A DNA stretch of 64,000 nt from Octopus vulgaris (lineage: Eukaryota): contig OX597840.1 in the NCBI GenBank assembly GCA_951406725.2, positions 11,594,001-11,658,000 of the forward strand. Direction: 5' to 3'. The notes under the pieces were generated by a model that worked only from the letters and a program-made list of their open reading frames with translations, searched no databases and was not told the DNA's origin. Position numbers and translations under genes: made by a program. Positions 1-11,644 of the stretch are shown here, in pieces (position 1 is the stretch's first letter; each line of letters opens with the position of its first letter).

Positions 1-105
1 GTAATAATGACTGTGATGGTAATGATAGTGATGATGATGACAGCGGTAGTGATAACGATGATGGTGGTGGTGGTGATGATGACGAGGAGGAGGAGGCTGA
101 CTTAC

Positions 106-237
106 TTGCGGTCAAACTCCATGTACGTGTGTAGTAGCCAAGTAAGCTTGGGTTTGTTTCGGCTGTTCAAGCCGTAATGGAAGTAGATGACCGTGTAGTC
201 GTTCTCCACGTATTGATCGAGGGTGTATTTGATGTAG
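106..237 (-). CDS. ARHGAP1: ARHGAP1/ARHGAP8-family RhoGAP exon, BCH (Sec14/CRAL-TRIO) domain
   Basis: tctttctttgtag|...|gtaag. 132 nt, phase 2-2. Translates [44 protein letters not shown], closely matching human ARHGAP1 [44 protein letters not shown] (recalled from memory). Confidence 0.95.
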
Positions 238-324
238 CTACAAAGAAAGAAACAACCACAGATCATAGACATATAACGTTTGTGTATATATGTATATATA
301 TATATATATTTTTTTTCTTATTTT

Positions 325-793
325 TCTTTTTCTAGTTTCAGCTCAGAGCTGTGGCCATGCTGATGCACCGCCGTTTTGTGCTACACTGTTATTGCGAAGA
401 ACCTCGTCTAATATGTGGCACTTGGTGAAGAATGGAGTTTGATATAGCTACTCTCATTTGCACCTCTTGCCGTGAGGTAGGTTCATCTGGGACTCTCGAC
501 AGGAAGATATCCAGCTTTGATTTAAAAACCGCTACATCTACTTTGTGCAAGTTCCTCAGACTCTTTGGGAGAATATTAAACAGCTGTGGGCCCTTGAAAC
601 CCAGGCTGTTGCAGAAGCTGGTCCTGAAGCGTGATGGCATTGCAGGGATCTTTGGCACTATGCAGTGTCATGCCGTTCTAGCATTGGTGTAGCTTACAAT
701 GCCAAAATTTGGCACAGTTCCTTCCAGGATCTTCCAGACATATATTACTGCATACCTCTCCAGGGAGTAGAGTCTTAGCTGTTTCAACCTTTC

Positions 794-797
<4 letters not shown>
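325..797 (-). mobile_element. CR1/L2-group LINE 3' fragment (ORF2 C-terminus plus tail)
   Basis: WERLKQLRLYSLER..VIYVWKILEG.VPN, then FKGPQLFNILPKSLRN..FKSKLDIFLSRVPDEP. The stop at 389 is followed by a short tail and an A-rich end. Confidence 0.8.
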
Positions 798-832
<35 letters not shown>

Positions 833-857
833 ATCATTACAGATACATACAACCTTT

Positions 858-913
<56 letters not shown>

Positions 914-1170
914 CATTACTGATATAGGGTAAAAAATTATTAATTATCAATTAATAAATTTTACTAAGTAGTTTCGGTATGGAAAATAATCATATTCGGT
1001 AAAAGACTTATACAAAAAGTGTTTGTTTTTTTTAAATATAATTATAACATTAATTAATGGTTTAGCAACAAGGGTTTAGAAAAAGAAATAACGGTCTTTT
1101 GGCTGCTATTTCTAAATTTTCGGTATGTGGTGAAGCAACTTGTGGCTAAACCCTTAAAAGGAGTACTTAC

Positions 1171-1258
1171 GCCAGCAGTCGTTTGTGGTCCAGCACTTTA
1201 CTCGATGGTAATCGGCAGGCAGAAAATATTATGACTTTTCTCCCATAAACATCGTCTC
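1171..1258 (-). CDS. ARHGAP1: ARHGAP1/8-family exon, start of BCH domain
   Basis: tttcttcaacag|...|gtaagt. 88 nt, phase 1-2. Translates GDDVYGRKVIIFSACRLPSSKVLDHKRLLA (cf. human [30 protein letters not shown]). Joins in frame to 106-237. Confidence 0.95.
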
Positions 1259-1506
1259 CTGTTGAAGAAAAAATAGAGGAAAATGGTTAAAAAGGAGGAA
1301 AAGGATAAAAAAAAAAATGTCTTCTTTTCTTAAACATTTCAAACTATGCCAAACAACATATTTAAAAAGCTTGCAGCGATTTCATAGGAATTTCTACAAC
1401 AGCTATCATCATTATTGCCAGCCGAGGGTATAACGAAGGCAGGTCTTTCTCTGCTTAGGGACTGTGGCAAAAGGGGCTGTGTGGTGGACTCATATGAAAG
1501 GTTTAA

Positions 1507-2050
1507 CCCTTTAGTGTTCACATTATTCGGCCAAAATTAATCCTTTTTTATCCACTGGCTTCTGTGCCGGTGGCACGTAAAAAGCACCATCCGAACATGG
1601 CCGATGCCAGCGCCGCCTTGACTGGCTTCTGTGCTGGTGGCACATTAAAAGCACCAACCGATCGTGGCCGCTGCCAGACTCCCCTGGCACCTGTGCTGGT
1701 GGCACATAAAAAGCACCCACTACACTCACGGAATGGTTGGCGTTAGGAAGGGCATCCAGCTGTAGAAACACTGCCAGATCAGACTGGAGCCTGGTGCAGC
1801 CCCTGGCTTACCAGACCCCAGTTGAACCATCCAACCCATGCTAGCATGGAAAGCGGATGCTAAACGATGATGATGATGATTGTCTTGAACTAATCATGCA
1901 TTATCTTGTAGCTATGAGATTTTGATGAGGAAGCTGTTAATTTTTTAAAAGATATTGTAAGGTTGGTGTGAGAGACCAGATCTGGCCAGTTTGAACGTAA
2001 AACAGGCAGAATGCTTTTGGCCGGATATGGCCGGTCTAAATGCTAAAGGG
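1507..2050. mobile_element. piggyBac-type MITE with a nested RTE-tailed SINE (~1555-1880)
   Basis: TTAA|CCCTTTAG...CTAAAGGG|TTAA termini. Related fragments lie near 16680-16835, 60820-60960 and 63855-64000. Confidence 0.7.
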
Positions 2051-2182
2051 TTAAAGACAGGCACATTCCTATCTGGTCAAGACCTCATCGATTTCTTCAA
2101 ATATCATTTGAAGAGGAAGCTGAGGGTAGAGAGAGAGAGAGATGCTGCTGTCTAGTGTGTTTATTAAAAAGTGGTCAACAGT

Positions 2183-2567
2183 AGGCGCAGGAGTGGCTGT
2201 GTGGTAAGTAGCTTGCTAACCAACCACATGGTTCCGGGTTCAGTCCCACAGCATGGCACCTTGGGCAAGTGTCTTCTGCTATAGCCCTGGGCCAATCAAT
2301 GCCTTGTGAGTAGATTTGGTAGACGGAAGCTGAAAGAAGCCTGTCGTATATATATATGTATATATGTGTGTGTGTACCTCAACATTGCTTGACAACCGAT
2401 GCTGGTGTGTTTATGTCCCCGTAACTTAGCGGTTCGGCAAAAGTGACCAATAGAATAAGTACTGGGCTTACAAAGAATAAGTCCTGCGGTCGATTTGCTC
2501 GACTAAATGCAGTGCTCCAGCATGGCCGTAGTCAAATGACTGAAACAAGTAAAAGAGCAAAAGAGTA
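2183..2567 (+). mobile_element. Dominant tRNA-derived SINE (family 1), representative copy
   Basis: Head GGCGCAGGAGTGGCTGTGTGGTAAG..GGTTCAGTCCC, an internal TA/TG microsatellite, and tail GGTGCTCCAGCATGGCCG..TGACTGAAACAAGTAAAAGAG. Further copies at ~4600(-), 7072, 16185, 26979, 28537, 31830, 41835(-), 42245(-), 43760(-), 44612, 45957, 49610, 53570(-), 59160(-), 61065(-) and 63290. Confidence 0.9.
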
Positions 2568-2650
2568 AGGAAGAATATGTTTCTGTCAAGCTGATAACAA
2601 CCACCTGACACTCTCGGTCTTCTATTTCGATGCCAACGTAACAGACTTAC

Positions 2651-2720
2651 CAGCAATTTCCACAATGCCATAGCGAGAAACATCACTGAATTCTCCTTGT
2701 TCTTGTTCATCTTGTTGTAC
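2651..2720 (-). CDS. ARHGAP1: ARHGAP1/8-family exon preceding the BCH domain
   Basis: attttttcag|...|gtaagt. 70 nt, phase 0-1. Translates VQQDEQEQGEFSDVSRYGIVEIAG (cf. human YYDIARHQIVEVAG). Confidence 0.93.
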
Positions 2721-2989
2721 CTGAAAAAATAATTAACATTAATTAAAAACTTAACGTAAACTAATCCCAAAGTTTACATTGAAACTCCGACGTCTGGCAG
2801 CTGACTTGGCAGACAACCATAAAATTATTAACCATCTTACAAATAATAACTCTGAGCACCTTTTCAAACTCCACCTGTCTAACACCCGTGGACACGTTTA
2901 CGTCGATTCCTCTGTGGTGTTGTTTTGCATTTATAATTAAATAAATATATACAAATAAAATTAGTAAAAAAAAAAATATAAAGTTTAGT

Positions 2990-3068
2990 ACTGTTCCTAC
3001 TTTGCGGATTTTCACCTATTGTGGGGGGTTTTGGAACGTAACACCCGCGATAGTCAGGGGATTACTGT
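2990..3068 (-). mobile_element. Tigger/pogo-like DNA transposon terminus
   Basis: The minus strand begins TA|CAGTAATCCCC..TATCGCGGGTGTTACGTTCC, a Tigger-like end. No partner terminus was found. Confidence 0.45.
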
Positions 3069-3257
3069 ATGTATGTTAGATAGAAACTGAAAGAAGCTCA
3101 TTGTATATATGTGTGTGTATATATATATATATATATATAAAAAGCAATAAAGATTCAAGTTAATTTAAAAGAATTTACTTGAATATGGTACCTAACTAAG
3201 ATGCACCAAAAAAAACTATACTGATTTAACAATACAGTAATGTGGGGTGATTATAAG

Positions 3258-4141
3258 CGAGAATGAAGCAACAAGAATGGATAGGTTTTTAGTACAATCG
3301 TTTCATACAAGGACAGGTTTTATTAAAAGTTGCAAAAATTACAGCATATAAACGTGTCCCGTACTCATCAGCTAAAATACATGTGAGTTCTCTAGACATC
3401 CTAGTGGTTGAGGCTATACTCATGAAGTAATGTAGATAATTAAGTAACATAAACAGATTTCAAAAGTTCATTCAAGTTCTTTAAAGATGATGTACAGTCT
3501 TATCACAGAATTTAAAAAAAGTCTTAATAGCATCACAGAGAAGGTGACCCAATCCATAGTGCACTATGAATTTCCAGAGATATGATGAGGGATTACATAC
3601 TCACAGAAGGCAAATTTATCCATTGTTAATTACAACGAGGTGGGTTCAATTCCTGCTTATTAGAATTACAGAGAGGGTGAATTAATCCTTTGTAATTCAC
3701 CAATACAAAGGATTAATTCACCCTCTCTGTAATTCTAATAAGCAGGAATTGAAACCCACCTCGTTGTAATTAACAATGGATAAATTTGCCTTCTGTGAGT
3801 ATGTAATCCCTCATCATATCTCTGGAAATTCATATGTGCACTATGGATTGGGTCACCTTCTCTGTGATGCTATTAAGACTTTTTTAAAATTCTGTGATAA
3901 GACTGTACATCATCTTTAAAGAACTTGAATGAACTTTTGAAATCTGTTTATGTTACTTAATTATCTACATTACTTCATGAGTATAGCCTCAACCACTAGG
4001 ATGTCTAGAGAACTCACATGTATTTTAGCTGATGAGTACGGGACACGTTTATATGCTGTAATTTTTGCAACTTTTAATAAAACCTGTCCTTGTATGAAAC
4101 GATTGTACTAAAAACCTATCCATTCTTGTTGCTTCATTCTC

Positions 4142-4142
<1 letters not shown>
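3258..4142. repeat. ~885-bp near-perfect palindrome (Penelope-like inverted terminal structure)
   Basis: Arms 3258-3694 and 3704-4142 are reverse complements apart from a few 1-nt indels. The spacer is 9 nt and the right arm abuts (TA)n. Confidence 0.92.
4023..4113 (+). ncRNA. Minimal type I hammerhead ribozyme motif
   Basis: TTTTAG-CTGATGA-GTACGGGACA..TGTCCTTGTAT-GAAAC-GATT-GTA-CTAAAA. Stems I and II pair and the core is intact. A mirror copy lies at 3287-3377 on the minus strand. Confidence 0.75.
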
Positions 4143-4219
<77 letters not shown>

Positions 4220-4220
<1 letters not shown>

Positions 4221-4556
4221 GGACTCCCTTTGGTCATGACTGACCATGGGATTGCACCTAGAAAGTTACCCTCCCAGGCACAAGTCCGGGCAAGATTGTT
4301 TATGGAAGGCCAGCAGTCGCCCATGCATACCAGCCTCCCCTCTCCACACCACTGATGTTATGCAAGGAAACGGCAAAGGGGCCGATACAGCTTGGCACCT
4401 GTGACACTGCAACTCATTTCTAAGGCTGAGTGAACTGGAGCAACGTGAAATAAAGTGTCTTGCTCAAGAACACAACACACAGCCTGGTCCGGGATTCGAG
4501 CTCACAACCTCACGATCGTAAGCCCAACGCTCTAACCATTGAGCCATGTGCTTTCA

Positions 4557-4558
<2 letters not shown>
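4220..4558 (-). mobile_element. tRNA-derived SINE family 3 (GGAGCAACGTGAAATAAAGTGTCTTGCTCAAG body)
   Basis: Related copies at ~5905-6210(-), 25540-25770(+), 58205-58528(-) and 60188-60495(-). Confidence 0.75.
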
Positions 4559-4607
<49 letters not shown>

Positions 4608-5047
4608 CAATGGGCTTCTTTCAGTTTCCATCTACCAAATCCACTCACAAGGCTTTGTTTTGTCTGGGGCTTTAGTAGAAGACACTTGTCCAAGGTGCCA
4701 CGCAGTGGGACTGAACCCAGAACCATGTGGTTGGTAAACAAACTACTTACCACACAGCCACACCCATACACGCATACACAAATTGTTAGCAAGCTGGACA
4801 AAATACTTGGCAGCATCTCTCCAGGTTTTATGTTCTGAGTTCAAATTCTGCCAAAGCTGACAATGCTTTTAATCCTCTCTGGGTCGATAAAATAGGTACC
4901 TATTGAACACTGGGGTTGATTATAATCAACCAGGCCCCTCTCCCTATAGTAGAAAGGATTATTATTTATAATAATAATAATCCTTTAATACTACTATTAT
5001 TAAGGCAGTCATGCCTCAGTAAAGTAAAAAAAACAAACTACCCTTAC

Positions 5048-5142
5048 CTGAGACGGACCAAGTTCTTTTTCAAAATCCTCGTCAATTAATCCATCAGGTG
5101 TGATGGAACCACTACGGAAAGCACTTTCCTCCTTGTTCAGCT
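5048..5142 (-). CDS. ARHGAP1: ARHGAP1/8-family N-terminal acidic exon
   Basis: ttttctag|...CAG|gtaagg. 95 nt, phase 1-0. Translates (E)LNKEESAFRSGSITPDGLIDEDFEKELGPSQ and is in frame with the next exon. Confidence 0.85.
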
Positions 5143-5269
5143 CTAGAAAAAAGGAACAAAAAAAAATTATATTAGATTAATCTTTATTCCAGTTTTACCA
5201 TTTATCCAGAGAGGGAAGGGCACCATCTATGGCACTTTATTTTTCCAGACCCTTCAAGACTGGCAAGGG

Positions 5270-5655
5270 TTAAGAAAAAAAAAAAGTTATTCTGAAGCCA
5301 GAAATCTGGCCTCAAATATATGTAACAGAATGAATACCTTAAAAGGCCCCTAAGAACCAGAAACTAGTGTTGAATTGGATAATGGATTCACCCCTTAAAA
5401 AAAAAAAAAAAAGAAAGTTATTCTGAAACCAGAAACCTGGCCTCAAATATATGTAACAGAATGAACACCTTAAAAGGCCCCTAAGAAACAGAAACTAGTG
5501 TTGAATTGGATAATGGATTCACCCCTTAAAAAAAAAAAAAAGAAAGTTATTCTGAAACCAGAAACCTGGCCTCAAATATATGTAACAGAATGAATACCTT
5601 AAAAGGCCCCTAAGGACCAGAAAATGGTGTTGAATTGGGTAATGGATTAACCCCT
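5270..5655. repeat. Three ~128-bp tandem repeats
   Basis: The unit AAAGTTATTCTGAAACCAGAAACCTGGCCTCAAATATATGTAACAG..GGATTCACCCC occurs three times. Confidence 0.9.
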
Positions 5656-6419
5656 TTGGGACCAACTGCCACACTTGAGATTACACATGGATCTATGATA
5701 TAGGCTCCTTATTTTAAAGTAATCTGAATTAAAATCTTTCATTAAAATTTCATGTTAATTTATGTTTCAGGCTCCAGTTTAATAATCCTTAAATCCTTAA
5801 AAATGTTTTAGCCTGAAGGCCGCGGCCATGCTGGGGCACCACCGCTGAAATGATAAAGTTCTTTTTCTAAATTCTTCATCATTACCAAAATTAATTAAAA
5901 CAAGGGGTAAAGACCCCCTTCGGTCATGAATGACCATGGGATTGAACCCAGAAAGTTCCTCTCCAAGGCACAAGTCCGGGCAAGGCTGTTTATGGAAGAT
6001 CAGCAATCGCCCATGCATACCAGCTGCTCCTCGCCATGCCACTGATGATACCCAAGGGAAAGGCAAAGGGGCCGATACAGCTTGGCACCAGTGACATCAC
6101 AACTCATTTCTACAGATGTGTGATCTGGAGCAACGTGAAATAAAGTGTCTTGCTCAAGAACACAACACTACACAGTCTGGGATTTGAACTCACTACCTCA
6201 TGTGCCTTCACTATAATTAAAATACACTAATTAACACTACAATTAAAACATACTAATTTGTTTTAACAGGAATTTTGGTAAGGAAAGGTTAAATCTGCTA
6301 CACAAGAATATAAAACCCGAAGACCAGGGTCAAATATACCACAAACCAATTTGTCCAATTCTTCATTAATCTACTGTTCTTAACTGGAACTTCCTTTATT
6401 GCCCCTCAAAGGAAATAAA

Positions 6420-6870
6420 ACAAAGTTGACTTGGGCAAGATTTGAACTCAGAATATAGAGAAACAAAATAAATACCTATTTCTTTACTATCCACAAGGGG
6501 CTAAACATAGAGGGGACAAACAAGGACAGACATAAGTATTAAGTCGATTATATCGACTCCAGTGCGTAACTGGTACTTATTTAATTGACCCCGAAAGGAT
6601 GAAAGGCAAAGTCAACCTCGGCAGAATTTGAACTCACAACGTAACGGCAGACGAAATACCTATTTCTTTACTACCCACAAGGGGCTAAACACAGAGGGGA
6701 CAAACAAGGACAGACATAAGTATTAAGTCGATTACATCGACCCCAGTGCGTAACTGGTACTTATTTAATTGACCCCGAAAGGATGAAAGGCAAAGTCGAC
6801 CTCGGCAGAATTTGAACTCACAACGTAACGGCAGATGAAATACCGCTAAGCATTTTGCCCGGCGCGTGGA
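6420..6870 (-). mobile_element. tRNA-like SINE family 2, tandem copies
   Basis: TTTCTTTACTACCCACAAGGGGCTAAACA..CCGAAAGGATGAAAGGCAAAGTCGACCTCGGCGGAATTTGAACTC. Other copies at ~9310, 10460(+), 23200, 24790, 25100, 30762, 40100-40510, 52170-52560(+) and 63110. Confidence 0.85.
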
Positions 6871-7471
6871 CCAAATTAAATACCACAACTCAGGCTCCAT
6901 GCCATTGATGGATTTTCTCTAGAAGGGAGGAAACGGTTGATGTAACAGGAGAGGAAATAGTATTAGTTGAAGGGTACCAAACCTGCCATACACAGACAAC
7001 TTCAGCTTTATATAGAGAGAGATAAACAAAATCTTTATAGTATATAAGACAGAGATTGTACACACACATAGGCATAGGAGTGGCTGTGTGGTAAGTAGCT
7101 TGCTTACCAACCACATGGTTCCGGGTTCAGTCCCACTGCGTGGCACCTTGGGCAAGTGTCTTCTACTATAGCCTCGGGCCGACCAAAGCCTTGTGAGTGG
7201 ATTTGGTAGACGGAAACTGAAAGAAGCCCGTCGTATATATGTATATATATATGTGTGTGTGTGTGTGTTTGTGTGTCTGTGTTTGTCCCCCTAGCATTGC
7301 TTGACAACCGATGCTGGTGTGTTTATGTCCCCGTTACTTAGTGGTTCGGCAGGAGAGACCAATGGAATAAGTACTGGGCTTACAAAAGAATAAGTCCCTG
7401 GGGTCGAGTTGCTCGACTAAAGGCGGTGCTCCAGCATGGCTGCAGTCAAATGACTGAAACAAGTAAAAGAG

Positions 7472-7527
<56 letters not shown>

Positions 7528-7867
7528 TTTGTATCTGTTTGTCCCCTTCATCATTGTTTGACAACTGGTGCTGGAGTTTTTGCGCCCCGTAACTTAGCAG
7601 TTGGGCAAAAGAGACCAATAAAACCAAGATTATGCTTGCAAAGAATCGGTCCTGGGTTCGATTCAATCGACTAAAAATTCAGGGCAGTGCCCCAGCCTGG
7701 CCGCAGTCAAATGACTGAAACAAGCAAAAGAGTAAAGAGAGAGTAAGAGATTGTACAGCACTGCTTATTTCTGTTCAGACAGGATGATCGTGGCTGGAAT
7801 GCCTCGGATCATAAGTCTGCTAAACCAATCCCTCCCCCCCACACTCACACACACCAATTCACTGTAT

Positions 7868-8591
7868 TTAACCCTTTCGTTACTGTATCTATTTTGAGAT
7901 GCTCTGTGTTTCTTTCAATTATTTTAAATATAACAAAGAATTTAGTAAAATAACTTAGTTATCATTAAACTAGTGTTAGGAACATAAACTGTGACTAAGG
8001 TTTGGTGGAAGATTTTAATTCAGAACTTATGAAAACAAGACATTTTGTACTCAGAACCAGAGGCTGTTTCAGCCGGCTTGGTATCAAAAGGGTTAAGAAT
8101 TGTTTCTCTATTATATATCCTTAACCCTTTTTGTTACCCTATTTCTGTTGAGATGCTCTGTGTTTCTTCCAAATACTTTAAATATAACAAAGAATGTAGT
8201 AAAATAACATCGTTATCATTCAGCTAGTGTTAGGAACATAAATTGTGACTAAGGTTTGGTGGAAGATTTTAATTCAGAACTTACGAAAACAAGACATTTG
8301 TACTACAGAGCCAGAGGCTGTTTCAGCCAGGTTGGTATCAAAAGGGTTAAATTAATAATTTGTTAACCCTTTTGTTACCATATTTCTGTTAAGATGCTCT
8401 GTGTTTCTTTCAATTATTTTAAATATAACAAAGAATTTAGTAAAATAACTTAGTTATCATTAAACTAGTGTTAGGAACATAAATTGTGACTAAGGTTTGG
8501 TGGAAGATTTTAATTAAGAACTTACGAAAACAAGACATTTGTACTACAGAGCCAAAGGCGGTTTCGGCCGGGTTGGTAACGAAAGGGTTAA
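7868..8591 (+). mobile_element. Three tandem piggyBac-type MITEs (~220 bp each)
   Basis: TTAA|CCCTTT...AAAGGG|TTAA at 7872-8092, 8125-8346 and 8367-8587. Confidence 0.85.
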
Positions 8592-9767
8592 AGAACTAAC
8601 ATCCTTATTTCTTCATCCTCTCGTTCCACCCATCTCATCTTTCCCTCATTCTCATCTGAAACCTTGTCGATACCATAATTTCTTCAGGAACAATGACGAA
8701 ACAGCAGCAACACTGCTGCAGCTACTGCAACCGCTATTGTTGTTGCTGCTGCTGCTGTTGTTGCAGATTGCAGCTGTTACTGTACTGCAACACGCAATCT
8801 CAATCGCAGATAAGAACAAGCACTTATTTATTTATATATTTATTTATATATTTATTTATATATTTATTTATCTATTTATTTTATTTACATCTTTAAATTT
8901 TTCCCAGTTGATGCTATTTCCAAGACGTGGCCCTCTCGTTAATCAAGAAACAAGTAACAACCACACAATAACGAGATTAACAGAACTGCGATATATCTAA
9001 AAAAGAAACGAGGTTACAATCTCCTTCTCTCTCCTCCTCTCCTTTTCTCCTTCTCTCTCCCTCTTTCTCTCCACTCCATAAAACGCCTGCAGCTGCTCGC
9101 AGTTGCAACAATGCTGTGCACTGATACATGCAGAGAAGTTCCTGATAGGAATTATGTGTGCTGGAAGGCCAACAGCAATACTCATCCAATTTATGTTATA
9201 TAATAGGAGCAGACGTGGCTGAATGGTTAAGAGGCCTGCTTCAAAACCACAGAGTTCCTGGTTCAATCTCACTGCGTGCTACCTTGGCCAAGTGTCTTCT
9301 ATTATATATTTCTTTACTACCCACAAGGGGCTAAACATAGAGGGGACAAACAAGGACAGACAAACGGATTAAGTCGATTATATCGACCCCAGTGCGAAAC
9401 TGGTACTTTATTTATCAACCCCGAAAGGATGTTTTTCACGCCTTTAGGGGTCAGTGAACAAAGCACTAACCAAATATTAGGACGATGTCCTATCTCTCTT
9501 CCTCTTTCCATCTCTCTCTTTCCCTATCTCTGTCTATCTGTCTGTTTCTCTCTCTCAAGAAAGGCCCATTCACATCGTGGGGTCCAAAAATAAAAGCAAA
9601 AAAAAAATGAATTGGCCCCTGGTTTGTTACTGGTATTTACTGAGGCAACCAGGAAGCAGCAATGTTAGAAACTGCAACCAAATCACCCTTAAATCACACA
9701 CTACAATCCCAGTTTTAAAACATGAAACGATACATTGAATAATGGAATCCTAGATACATTTGTCCTA

Positions 9768-9992
9768 GATGTGAATGTGAGGTCAAGAATGGTGCCATCA
9801 ACAAACTCAACCCCAAAAGCATAACAGTTGTCATAAGATTGGATGGTCACAGATGGAATGCTGTTGGGTACAGATCTAATTCAGAATGTAAGGTCAAGAA
9901 TGGTTCCATCAACAAATTCAACCCCAAAAGTATAACAGTTGTCATAAGATTGGATGGTCACAGATGGAACGCTGTTGGGTACAGGTCTAATT
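9768..9992. repeat. Two ~111-bp tandem copies
   Basis: GAATGT..GGTCAAGAATGGT..GGGTACAG.TCTAATTCA is duplicated. Confidence 0.85.
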
Positions 9993-10712
9993 CATGCGTC
10001 GTTTGTGCAGCTAATGGTGTCGTCATCCAAGCAGCGAATGCACATCGTATAAAAAGCTAATGCACCAATCATCCCTGCAATGACTGTACCTCCCATCCAT
10101 GCCCTACCATGCAAAAGTGGACCTGTTGACGATGCAACTAATGCACCGGTCATTCATGACATGCCATGACATGCAGCTAGCGTATGCTGCATCCATGCTG
10201 TGAGTGCACTATTCGTTCATGCCCCATTCGTGCATCTGTCACTCGCACCAATTTGTGCAAATAGTACAGGAAGCTAATGCACTGGTCATTCACACCAAAC
10301 CATGCAACTAATACACTTGTCCATTATTTACATTCGACGGATATTTGTCCTCATCTTGTTTGTTGTTAACACAACATTTCGGCTGGTATACCCTCCAGCC
10401 TTCATCAGGTGTCTTGGGGGAAATTTCAAACCCTTGATTTTTCATTCCTAAGGTATTTAGCACGCCAGGCAAAATGCGTAGCCGTACTTCGTCTCCTGCT
10501 ACATTCTGGGTTCAAATTCCGCCGAGGTCGACTTTGCCTTTCATCCTTTCGGGGTCAATAAAATAAGTACCAGTTACCCACTGGGGTCGATGTAATTGAC
10601 TTAATCCGTTTGTCCTCTCTGTGTTTAGCCCCTTGTGGGTAGTAAAGAAATAAATTATGACTATTATTATTATTATTATTCAGGTCACTGCTTGAAATCG
10701 CCATATGCCCAC

Positions 10713-10783
10713 GGGCATATGGTGTAGTGGTTAAGAGTGTGGGCTACTAACCCCAAGATTCCGAGTTCGATTCCAAGCAGTGA

Positions 10784-10824
<41 letters not shown>

Positions 10825-11235
10825 GCGGGATGGGCTACTCAACCAGAAGAAAATTCTAACTGGGCCCCACCTGCAAGGTCATGTGCTGTTTATCTTGATA
10901 TGAGATCACCATGTCGCGCACATATGGTTGTGACGCATGTGCCTAGTGTACCCTTATCAGACGGGTAGTCATGATGGGTATATTGGGCTTCGTATATTTT
11001 ACCCCAGTGTCACTTTGATGGCATGCACTGCTCTCTCTCTCAGTAATAATAATAATAACATTGAAAAATACCTTAGGAATGAGAACCCAGGTTCGAAATT
11101 TCCCCAAGACACCTGATGAAGGCTGGAGGGTATTATCAGCCGAAACGTTGTGTTAACAACAAACAAGATGAGGAGAAATATACGTTAGTTGTAAATAATG
11201 TACATAATTCCTCATCTCTTAAATATAGAACTGTA
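10713..11235 (+). mobile_element. Element with a tRNA-like Pol III head, (AAT)n linker and hammerhead ribozyme; interrupted by another repeat at ~10825-11045
   Basis: A box TGGTGTAGTGG (10720), anticodon-like arm GTGGG-CTACTAA-CCCC and B box GTTCGATTC (10765). Hammerhead at 11108-11154. An inverted partial copy lies at ~10323-10700. Confidence 0.65.
11108..11154 (+). ncRNA. Minimal hammerhead ribozyme motif
   Basis: GACAC-CTGATGA-A-GGCTG..CAGCC-GAAAC-GTT-GTGTT, with palindromic AACGTT in place of stem III. The minus-strand copy at 10368-10413 has GAAAT. Confidence 0.75.
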
Positions 11236-11613
11236 ATGCACTTGTCATCCGTGAAACAAGTGCACCTGTTAACTGGGGGCAAACCAGATCAGCAAGTCCT
11301 GCATACCTTCATCATGCAACTAGTGCAGCTGTCATCCATGAAACTCATGCAACTATCATTCAGGCACCACTGCAAACTACTGCACATGCCACTCATGCAA
11401 ATGGTGTACCTGTTCACCAGGCAAATTACTGCAGCAGCCCTCCACAATCCCACCATGCAACAAGCAAATGGTGTGCATGCAAATGGTGTGCATGCAAATG
11501 GTGCGCATGTCTTTGGTTGCCAGTTACCCCTAAAACTTTCAAAGTGTAGAAGATTCTGTGACAAACTAACCTGTAACCCTCAAAAAATGGAAATTTTGAT
11601 TGTAATATATATA

Positions 11614-11644
<31 letters not shown>

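Noticed and set aside
10713-10785. Functional tRNA gene (also ~18001-18070 and the SINE heads)
   Set aside because: The acceptor stem does not pair properly and the sequences are embedded in repeats, so they are treated as tRNA-derived heads.
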